Positions 47,416 to 55,007 of a stretch of DNA of 64,000 nt are shown in pieces; positions within the stretch are counted from its first letter, which is position 1, and each line of letters begins with the position of its first letter. The stretch is from contig CBDBMZ010000003.1 in the NCBI GenBank assembly GCA_965207615.1, positions 4,077,855 to 4,141,854 on the forward strand, in the 5' to 3' direction. The notes below the pieces were generated by a model that saw only the letters and a list, made by a program, of their open reading frames with translations, did no database searches and was not told the DNA's origin. This DNA comes from Vicinamibacterales bacterium (lineage in GTDB: Bacteria; Acidobacteriota; Vicinamibacteria; Vicinamibacterales; UBA8438). A program made the position numbers and the translations under genes.

Positions 47416-48030
47416 ATGTCGATGGTCGAGCGACAGCTCATCGCCCGTGACATCACCGATCCCCGCGTCATCGAGGTCATGCAGCGCGTGCTGCGCCATC
47501 GCTTCGTGCCCGAGGACATCCGCGGGGCAGCCTACGACGATCGGCCGCTGCCCATCGGCTACCGGCAGACCATCTCGCAACCCTACGTCGTGGCCTACAT
47601 GACGCAGGCCCTGCGGTTGGCGCCCGACGCGCGGGTGCTCGAGATCGGCACCGGCTCGGGCTACCAGACGGCGGTGCTCGCGGAGCTGGCCGACACCGTG
47701 TACTCCATCGAGATCGTGCCTCCCCTCGCCGCCCGCGCCGCCGCCACCCTGGCCGAGCTGGGCTACGACAACGTGCGGCTCCGCGAGGGCGACGGCTACG
47801 CGGGGTGGCCGGAGGCGGCGCCGTTCGACGCCATCATGGTGACGGCGGCGCCCGACCACGTCCCTCAGCCCCTCGTCGACCAGCTCGCCGTCGGCGGGCG
47901 GATGATCATCCCGGTGGGAGACTACCGGCAGACGCTGACGGTGATGACCCGCACCGACGACGGCGTCACCGAGGAGGCGGTGCTCCCGGTGCTCTTCGTG
48001 CCGATGACCGGCGAGGCGGAACGCCGCTGA
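47416..48030 (+). CDS. pcm: protein-L-isoaspartate O-methyltransferase
   Basis: [29 protein letters not shown] and MVTAAP...GGRMIIPVG. Start taken at MSMVERQ. Confidence 0.9.
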   Translation: MSMVERQLIARDITDPRVIEVMQRVLRHRFVPEDIRGAAYDDRPLPIGYRQTISQPYVVAYMTQALRLAPDARVLEIGTGSGYQTAVLAELADTVYSIEIVPPLAARAAATLAELGYDNVRLREGDGYAGWPEAAPFDAIMVTAAPDHVPQPLVDQLAVGGRMIIPVGDYRQTLTVMTRTDDGVTEEAVLPVLFVPMTGEAERR

Positions 48031-48153
48031 CCGGCCGGGCGGGCCCCGCTGGACCGGCGGGGCGGAACGCCGCCCACCGGCCAGGCGGAACGCCGCTGAC
48101 CGGCCAGGCGGAGCGCCGACGACCGGCCAGGCGGAGCGCCGACGACCCGCCGA
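48016..48153. repeat. six tandem copies of a 23-nt unit (GCGGARCGCCGMYGACCGGCCAG)
   Basis: Units start at 48016, 48039 (diverged), 48062, 48085, 48108 and 48131. The first unit contains the pcm stop codon. Confidence 0.85.
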
Positions 48154-48214
48154 CGAGGACCACCCGCCCCGTCCTGTCGGGTCCCCGCGCTACGCCGGGA
48201 CCCCGGGCACCGCC

Positions 48215-49327
48215 TCATGACACGCCGGCGGGGGCGGCGGCCCCGCCGACCGCGGCCGCGCCGCCGGAAGCGGCGGCCCCGAGAGCGGCGATCGACACCT
48301 CGGCCGCGGTGCGCTCCGCCACGTCGCGGAACGCCTGGGCCGCCGACGACTCCGGCTCGGCGACGACGAGCGGGTTCCCCGAGTCCCCGCCCTCGCGGAT
48401 CGGCTGGTAGATCGGAATCCGCCCGAGGAACGGGACGCCCACCGCCTCGGCCGTCGCCTCGCCCCCGCCCTTCCCGAAGATGTCACTCTCGTGGTCGCAG
48501 GCCGGGCACACGAAGTAGCTCATGTTCTCGACGAGGCCGAGGACCGGCACGTTCAGCTTCCGGTACATCGCCACCGCGCGGCGCGAGTCGGCGAGGGAGA
48601 CGGTCTGCGGGGTCGTCACCACCACCGCCCCCGACACCGGGACGGTCTGGCTCAGGCTCAGCGCGACATCTCCCGTGCCCGGGGGCATGTCGACCACGAG
48701 GTAGTCCAGCTCGTCCCACCGCACCTCGCGGAAGAACTGCTGGACGACGCCGTGCAGCATCGGGCCGCGCCAGATGATGGGGGTCTCGTCCTGGGTCAGG
48801 AAGCCCATCGACACCACCGGGATGCCGTGCTTCCGCGCCGGCTTGATCTTCTTGCCGTCGGTCTCGAGCTGCGCCCGCACGCCCAGCATGATCGGGATGT
48901 TGGGGCCGTAGACGTCGGCGTCGATCAGGCCGACGCGCCCGCCGTACCGGGACAGCGCGAGGGCGAGGTTCACGGCCACCGTGCTCTTGCCGACCCCGCC
49001 CTTGCCGGCCCCGACCGCGATGACGTTCCTGACGCCGGGGATGGGGGCGCGGCCCGCGTCGGGCGAGGCCACCGCGCGCACGTTGGCGGTCATCTCGACG
49101 GAGACGCCGGTCACCCCGTCGAGGGCGGAGACCGCAGTCACCGCCTGATCGTGCATCTGCTCCTTCACCGGACACGCCGGGGTGGTCAGCTCGATCGCGA
49201 ACGACACCTGTCCGGCGTCGACGCGGAGGTCCTTCACGAATCCGAGGCTGACGATGTCGCGGCCCAGGTCCGGGTCGCGCACGACGCGAAGCGCTTCCAT
49301 CACTACCGACGGTTCGACTGACTGCAT
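48215..49327 (-). CDS. apbC: Mrp/ApbC/NBP35-family Fe-S cluster carrier ATPase
   Basis: DUF59-like N-terminus, GKGGVGKST P-loop and CPACDHE (CxxC). Confidence 0.9.
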   Translation of the reverse strand: MQSVEPSVVMEALRVVRDPDLGRDIVSLGFVKDLRVDAGQVSFAIELTTPACPVKEQMHDQAVTAVSALDGVTGVSVEMTANVRAVASPDAGRAPIPGVRNVIAVGAGKGGVGKSTVAVNLALALSRYGGRVGLIDADVYGPNIPIMLGVRAQLETDGKKIKPARKHGIPVVSMGFLTQDETPIIWRGPMLHGVVQQFFREVRWDELDYLVVDMPPGTGDVALSLSQTVPVSGAVVVTTPQTVSLADSRRAVAMYRKLNVPVLGLVENMSYFVCPACDHESDIFGKGGGEATAEAVGVPFLGRIPIYQPIREGGDSGNPLVVAEPESSAAQAFRDVAERTAAEVSIAALGAAASGGAAAVGGAAAPAGVS

Positions 49328-49491
49328 GGTCCTCAACACTTCCCGGTCGCGGCGTGACGCCTCCCGCCACCGCACGACCACAACGGAACTCTCAGCTTAG
49401 TCAGATCGTAGAAACTCTAGCAAGTGGCCCCGAACGGACGGCCGACCGCACGCGCCGGATGCCGCCGCCGACCGCCGGTTCGCGCCCGGAG

Positions 49492-50238
49492 ATGATGATG
49501 ACCGACGAACAGAAGCCCGATCCGGCGTCCACCCCGCCGCCTCCGCCGTCATCGCCCGCGTCACCGGCTCCCACGCCCGCGCCGCTGCCCCCCGAGAACA
49601 CGCCGCCGACCGCCGAGTCCGCGATGCCAACTGCCGAGTCCCCGGCGCCAACTGCCGAGTCCCCGGCGCCAACTGCCGAGTCCCCGGCGCCAACTGCCGA
49701 GTCCCCGGCGCCAACTGCCGAGTCCCCGGCGCCAACTGCCGAGTCCGCGACGCCGCCCCCGGCGACCGCGCCGACGGCTGCCGGGTCCGCACCGCCTTCC
49801 GCGTCGGCTCCGCCCCCCGAGTCCGCACCGCCACGTACCGAGACCGCACCGCCGTCTCCCGGTTCCGCACCGCCGGGGACACCGCTCCCGGGAGCACCCC
49901 CGCCGGGAACCCCGCCGCCGGGAACGGCGTCGCCGAACCGGGGGCTGATGATCGTGCTGGCCTACCTCTGGCTGCTGGCGCTCGTCCCGCTCCTCGTGGA
50001 GGAGCAGGACCACGAGGTGCGGTGGCACGCCAAGCACGGACTGGTCCTGTTCGGGGCCGAGTTCGTCGGGTTCATGGCCCTTGCGATACTGAGCGGCATC
50101 GCGGGGTGGCTCGCCCTCCTGCTCGTGCCCCTGGCCCAGCTCGGGGTGCTGGTGCTCCATGTCGCGTGCATCGCGAAGGCGCTGCAGGGCGGGAGGTTGC
50201 TGGTACCGGGCGTCAGCGAGTACACCGACAAGTTCTGA
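49492..50238 (+). CDS. membrane protein: Pro/Ala-rich repetitive N-terminus plus DUF4870-like C-terminal TM domain
   Basis: MMMTDEQ start. PTAESPA repeats. C-terminal LMIVLAYLWLLALVPLLVEEQDHEVRWHAKHGLVLF with three hydrophobic helices. Confidence 0.7.
   Translation: MMMTDEQKPDPASTPPPPPSSPASPAPTPAPLPPENTPPTAESAMPTAESPAPTAESPAPTAESPAPTAESPAPTAESPAPTAESATPPPATAPTAAGSAPPSASAPPPESAPPRTETAPPSPGSAPPGTPLPGAPPPGTPPPGTASPNRGLMIVLAYLWLLALVPLLVEEQDHEVRWHAKHGLVLFGAEFVGFMALAILSGIAGWLALLLVPLAQLGVLVLHVACIAKALQGGRLLVPGVSEYTDKF
49606..49752 (+). repeat. seven tandem 21-nt units (five identical: CCAACTGCCGAGTCCCCGGCG) within the coding sequence
   Basis: Identical units at 49627, 49648, 49669, 49690 and 49711, with variant units on both sides. 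They encode PTAESPA. Confidence 0.9.
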
Positions 50239-50405
50239 GGACGCTGACAGAACGGTCCGGCGGACAGCCGGCCCCCGACGCCGCAGCGAACGAGCCGCGC
50301 CGGGGTTCGATCGGCGACCCTGCATCGCCGGCTGTCAGTAGCCCGCCGGATCCGCGACGCGCCCGGCCGTCCACGGCCCGGCGGAGCAAGCCACCCCGTG
50401 GATCG

Positions 50406-51017
50406 TCACGGAACCGAGATGCGCATCCGGACTCGGGCGATGGGGGCGTAGGGGGGCGTCACGTCGAAACGAAGGCAGGTGCCGTCCCGCACCCCCGGCG
50501 GCACCACGAGCCGGACGTGGTGCGGCAGCAGTCCCGCCCCGCTACCGTGACAGGCGCCGCAGGGATCCAGCCACACCTCGCCACGCCCGCCGCAGGCGGG
50601 GCAGGTGTGGCGCAGGGACACGTCGAACGGCACGCTGACGCCCCGGTCGGCCTGCGACGGGGTCAGGCGCACGTCGGCGGACAGGAGGCGCGCGGCGGCC
50701 TCGCCGAAGAACGACCGCCGCATCCGGTCGACGAGCTTCGCCATCGACGGGAAGTCGACATCGACCTCGTCGCGAAAGGCCTCGTCGCACGCCTCCGCGC
50801 ACCCCGGCGACACCGCGGGCGAGTCCGCCACCTCCTTCGCGCCGTCCCCGTCCGGACCGTCCACGGCATAGGCCACGTGCCACGTATCGAGCCGGTCACC
50901 GCGGCCCGGGCCCCCGCGTTGCGCCCGGGACCGCCGCGCGAGGTCGCGCCAGGCGCGCCTGACCTCGTGCAGGGTGGGCGAGTGCGGCGGACCGGGTCTC
51001 CGGCGATAGTCGGACAT
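50406..51017 (-). CDS. DnaJ-like protein with two CxxCxGxG zinc-finger motifs and no HPD motif
   Basis: CPACGGRG and CGACHGSG followed by VRLVVPPGVRDGTCLRF (DnaJ C-terminal pattern). The N-terminus TLHEVRRAWRDLARR is J-helix-like but HPD is absent. Confidence 0.6.
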   Translation of the reverse strand: MSDYRRRPGPPHSPTLHEVRRAWRDLARRSRAQRGGPGRGDRLDTWHVAYAVDGPDGDGAKEVADSPAVSPGCAEACDEAFRDEVDVDFPSMAKLVDRMRRSFFGEAAARLLSADVRLTPSQADRGVSVPFDVSLRHTCPACGGRGEVWLDPCGACHGSGAGLLPHHVRLVVPPGVRDGTCLRFDVTPPYAPIARVRMRISVP

Positions 51018-51048
51018 CGGCCAACTACCTTAGGAGTGGCCCTCCGGC

Positions 51049-51067
51049 CTTGTCAATGGCTTGTCAA
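51049..51067. promoter_or_regulatory. direct repeat CTTGTCAA-N3-CTTGTCAA in a divergent intergenic region
   Basis: Two identical octamers with starts 11 nt apart, between the DnaJ-like gene (start 51017) and the zinc-ribbon gene (start 51100). Confidence 0.3.
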
Positions 51068-51099
51068 CCGGGGAGCCAGGTGCTACCGTTGTGCGCCCC

Positions 51100-51297
51100 A
51101 TGCCCGACCCCGCGACGCCGACAGCGGGCCCCGGCCGTCCCAAGTTGCCGACCTGTCCGGACTGCGGCGGCATCCTCGAGCCCACCGCGCCGCCCTGGCA
51201 GGCGCTGATGGACTCGCTGCCGTCCGGCCGCACCAACCGCACGGAAGGCGAGGCCGCCCGCTGGCAGTGCCTCATCTGCGGGTACCGACGGCCGTGA
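51100..51297 (+). CDS. small zinc-ribbon protein
   Basis: CPDC ... CLIC pairs and high GC3. ATG at 51100 within ORF 51061..51297. Confidence 0.5.
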   Translation: MPDPATPTAGPGRPKLPTCPDCGGILEPTAPPWQALMDSLPSGRTNRTEGEAARWQCLICGYRRP

Positions 51298-51396
51298 GAG
51301 GTCGGCCGCGAAGGGGCGGGGCGGAGCCGGCCGCGAGCCGCTCGCTCGCGCCGCTTGCGGAGCCGCGGGCGCGGTACGATACGATTTCAGGCGGCC

Positions 51397-51594
51397 ATGA
51401 CGACTGACAGCATCCAGTTGGATATCAGGACCCGGTCTCGCGGCGCACACTGGATCGCCTGGGTCACCCGGGACGGGAGCGACGCGCCGCTCGATTCGGT
51501 GATCCTCGTGGGTCGCACCGAAGCCGAGGCCGCGGCCGAGGCCCGGACCTGGGCGGACCGGCTCGTCGCCGATCCGGTCCTCATCCGCAGCTGA
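51397..51594 (+). CDS. small hypothetical protein (65 aa)
   Basis: MTTDSIQLDIRTRSRGAHWIAWVTRDG...GRTEAEAAAEARTWADRLV. High GC3. Convergent with addA. Confidence 0.45.
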   Translation: MTTDSIQLDIRTRSRGAHWIAWVTRDGSDAPLDSVILVGRTEAEAAAEARTWADRLVADPVLIRS

Positions 51595-51623
51595 TTTCGC
51601 GTCCGTCCGCGATCGGATCCGGT

Positions 51624-54600
51624 TCACGACAGGTACAACAGGCGCCCGTCGACCGGCCGTTCCGGAAACAGGGCGCGCGCCGCTTCGACATAGAGCGCGA
51701 GCTGTGGTTCGTGCTCCGGCCGTGCCGCGCCCGTCTTGACCTCGACGACGGTGACCCGCCCGTCGGGCCAACGACGGAGGCAGTCGATCGCCCCGCGGAC
51801 GAAGACGGGTCCCGCGTCGCCGCCCGTGCGCCGAAGCGTGAACGGCACCTCGAAGAGGCAGTCTCCTTCGAGGAGCGCGTTCACGTCGGGCCGGCCGACG
51901 GCCCGGCGGTAGACGCCCGCGGCCTCCGCGGCCAGCGCCCGACAGTCGGCCCGCGCCCGCTCCTCCCGCTCCATCGCCGCCAGCGCCCGGCCCCCCGCAT
52001 CGGCGCCGCTCGAGCCGAGGCCGCCCCCCTCTCCGTCCTCCCGCAGCAGCCGGTGGACGAGACGCCCCACCACGCGGTCGACGCCGCGCGTCCGCCCCAC
52101 GCCGACCGCCGACGCCGTGTCCGCCGCAAGGACCGTGGCCGCGACCCGGGGCGGCCCCCCGGCCGGGCGCCACGGCCCGAACCGGTCCGGCTCGGCGGGC
52201 AGCGGCGCCTCGGGCGGACGGGAGGCCTCCGCCGCCGCCGACGCCCCGACGACGGCGAATCCGTGGGCACGGCCCGACGGGCCGGTCCAGCTCACCCGCC
52301 CCCCCTTCGCCGCGCCCGCCGCGAGCCGGGCGAGGAGCGCCGGCGGCATCACCGCGGCCAGGCTCCCGACCCCCGGCTCCATGGTTCCGGCGGCCAGGGT
52401 CGCCGAGAGGTACAGGCGGTCGCGCGCTCGGGTCGCCGCGACGTAGAGCAGCCGCTTGCTCTCCTCCCGCTCCCGGTCCCGCTGGTCACGATCGGCGGCG
52501 GACCGGAACGGGGCCACCGAAACCGACGGCTCACCGTCGCCCCGGTCGGCCACCACCCGGATCGGCGGGGGGGGACCGCCCGCGCCGCGCGCCAGCTCGA
52601 CCAGGAACACCACCGGAAACTCCAGCCCCTTGGCGGCGTGGACGGTCATCAGGTTGACCGCATCGAAAGCGTCGACCACCGCGTTCGACACGTCCCCGGA
52701 GAGGCGGTCGACGTGCTCGGCGATCCGGGTCATGGTGGCGAACCCGCGGTTCTGCACGCGGCGGACCAGCCCGCGCAGCTTCTTCAAGTTCTCCCGCGCC
52801 TGCACGAGACGCGGTCCCCGCAGCTCGAACGCGTAGGCGCAGTCGGCGAGAATGCGGTCGACCAGCTCGGCGGGGGGTAGCCGGTCGACGGCGGCCAGCC
52901 ACCGGGGGACGCTCGCCCGCAGGCGCAACAGGAGATCCCGGTCCAGCGGGTCCAGCCGTTCGAGAAAGGGCTCGGGTCCGCCCGGGCGCAGGGCCTCGGC
53001 GAGATGACCGGCCAGTTCGGCCAGCGTGCGATCGGTGACGCCGACGAGCCTCGAACGCAGCAGGGCCGCCGCCCGGAGCTCCGAAGCGGGGTCCGCAAGG
53101 AACCGGAGCAGGGCGCGGCAGTCCTTGATCTCGTCGGCGTCGAAGAACCCGAGGCCCTTGTAGACGCAGGCGGGAATGCCGCGCGCCTCCAGGGCGGCCT
53201 GGAACTCCCGGTGCGTCTCGCGCGACCGGAACAGTATCGCGACGTCGCCCGGGGCGGCGCGGCGAACCGTGCCGTCGTCGCGGTCCCGCACCGGCGCCCC
53301 GTCCAGCAGCCGGGCGACCTCGCCGGCGACCCGCTCCGCGCACGCCTCCAGGCTGTCGGCGAGCACCAGCCCGAGGGGCGGGCCCGCGGCGCGTCCGCCG
53401 TCGGCGGCCTCACGCGGAGGCTCGGGCTCGACGGGGAACCGGTCCCTCGCGTCGTACCTGAACCCGTCGCGGGAGCGGTCGGCCTTGTCGACGGCGCCGA
53501 ACAGGTCGTTGACGAACGCGAGCAGGGCCGGCACCGCGCGGAAGCTGTGGGAGATCGACCGACGCACCCCGCCCTCCGGGCGCAGGGCCCCGATCGAATC
53601 GGCGGCGTCCTCGATGACCGCGGCCTCGGCGTCGCGGAACCCGTAGATCGACTGCTTGCGGTCGCCGACGACGAACACCGAGGGGGGCACCGGCGCGTCG
53701 TGCACGAGGCCGAGCCCCTCCCCCCACGACTTCACGAGCAGGGACACCAGCTCCCACTGGGCCCGGCTGGTGTCCTGGAACTCGTCGACGAGCACGTGGT
53801 GATAGCGCGACTCGAGCCGGTAGCGGCTCTGGGCGAACTCGTCCATGCGGCGCAGCAGGTCCAGGGCGCGGGCCAGCACCCCCGGGAAGTCGAGCACGGA
53901 GCGGGCGGCGAGCTCACGCTCGTACTCCGTGACCGCGATCGCGAACATGCGCTGCACTCCGCGCGCGAGCACCACGTTGAGATCGCGGTCGAGCGCGGCC
54001 AGCGCCTCGGCCACCGCGGGTGCGAGGGCTCGTGCGAGGTCGCAGTGCCGCCGCCACGCCGCGGGAGACCGGCACTGATCGACGCGGAACGGCACGAACC
54101 GCCGGCGCGGCTCGCCCGCCGCGGTCAGGAAGTACTCGCGGATGCGGTCGAGCAGGAGCCGCGGCCCCTCGGGTCCCGACCGGGCCTGCTCCGCGAGCCC
54201 GGGAAGCGCTCGCGCGAGGGCCCGGAACCGGGGATGATCGAGGGGGCCGTCCGCGAGGAACCGCTCCAGGCCGCCGGCGACCCCGTCCAGGAGGCGGGCG
54301 AGCCTCAGCGCCGCGTCGCGGCACGCCCCCTCGGCCGTCGTCCCGCGGGGTCCGGCCATCAGGAACCGCTGCAGCGCCGCCGGCGCCACCAGCCGGCGCT
54401 CCAGCAGATGGGCGAGCGCGGTCCGCACCCGTCCCGGCCCCAGGCGGGCCAGCACCATCGCCACCGCGATGTCGTCGGCGGCCACCGCGCCGCAGATCGC
54501 GAGGGTCCGGTCCAGGGCCTGCTGAACGAGCCGGGGCGCCTCCGTCTCGTCCGTCATCCCGAACCCCGGGTCGAGATCCGCCTCGAGGGGGAACTCGCGC

Positions 54601-55007
54601 AGCAGGGACAGGCAGAATGCGTCGATGGTGCTGATGGCGATGTCCCCCAACCGGTCGCGCAGCCCCCGCCAGCGGTCCCGGTCGGCGGGCGGCCCGTCGG
54701 CCGAGCGCCGGAGCTGCCGGATGATGCGGTCCCGCATCTCCGCCGCCGCCTGCCGCGTGAACGTGATGGCGAGAATGTTGGACGGGTCCACCCCGGCCCG
54801 CAGGAGATTGACGTAGCGCGACACGAGGACGGTGGTCTTGCCGGTGCCCGCCGAAGCCTCCAGGACGACGTTGTTGGCCGGATCGACGGCGAACGCCCGC
54901 GCCGACGCGTCGCGCAGGACGCCGGGGGGGCGGCCCGATCGGGTCCGGCGGCCACGGGCGTCCTCGGGCCCCTCCCCGAACAGCGGCAACTGGCGCTCAC
55001 CCGTCAC
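51624..55007 (-). CDS. addA: UvrD/PcrA-type helicase with C-terminal RecB-family nuclease (AddA-like)
   Basis: EASAGTGKTT Walker A and ITFTRQAAAEMR. C-terminal nuclease GAIDCL...VVEVKTG...QLALY. The GTG start overlaps the addB end by 11 nt. Confidence 0.85.
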   Translation of the reverse strand: MTGERQLPLFGEGPEDARGRRTRSGRPPGVLRDASARAFAVDPANNVVLEASAGTGKTTVLVSRYVNLLRAGVDPSNILAITFTRQAAAEMRDRIIRQLRRSADGPPADRDRWRGLRDRLGDIAISTIDAFCLSLLREFPLEADLDPGFGMTDETEAPRLVQQALDRTLAICGAVAADDIAVAMVLARLGPGRVRTALAHLLERRLVAPAALQRFLMAGPRGTTAEGACRDAALRLARLLDGVAGGLERFLADGPLDHPRFRALARALPGLAEQARSGPEGPRLLLDRIREYFLTAAGEPRRRFVPFRVDQCRSPAAWRRHCDLARALAPAVAEALAALDRDLNVVLARGVQRMFAIAVTEYERELAARSVLDFPGVLARALDLLRRMDEFAQSRYRLESRYHHVLVDEFQDTSRAQWELVSLLVKSWGEGLGLVHDAPVPPSVFVVGDRKQSIYGFRDAEAAVIEDAADSIGALRPEGGVRRSISHSFRAVPALLAFVNDLFGAVDKADRSRDGFRYDARDRFPVEPEPPREAADGGRAAGPPLGLVLADSLEACAERVAGEVARLLDGAPVRDRDDGTVRRAAPGDVAILFRSRETHREFQAALEARGIPACVYKGLGFFDADEIKDCRALLRFLADPASELRAAALLRSRLVGVTDRTLAELAGHLAEALRPGGPEPFLERLDPLDRDLLLRLRASVPRWLAAVDRLPPAELVDRILADCAYAFELRGPRLVQARENLKKLRGLVRRVQNRGFATMTRIAEHVDRLSGDVSNAVVDAFDAVNLMTVHAAKGLEFPVVFLVELARGAGGPPPPIRVVADRGDGEPSVSVAPFRSAADRDQRDREREESKRLLYVAATRARDRLYLSATLAAGTMEPGVGSLAAVMPPALLARLAAGAAKGGRVSWTGPSGRAHGFAVVGASAAAEASRPPEAPLPAEPDRFGPWRPAGGPPRVAATVLAADTASAVGVGRTRGVDRVVGRLVHRLLREDGEGGGLGSSGADAGGRALAAMEREERARADCRALAAEAAGVYRRAVGRPDVNALLEGDCLFEVPFTLRRTGGDAGPVFVRGAIDCLRRWPDGRVTVVEVKTGAARPEHEPQLALYVEAARALFPERPVDGRLLYLS

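Noticed and set aside
48016-48153. CRISPR array.
   Set aside because: The 23-nt units are directly abutting with no spacers. The units are shorter than typical CRISPR repeats, and no cas genes are nearby.
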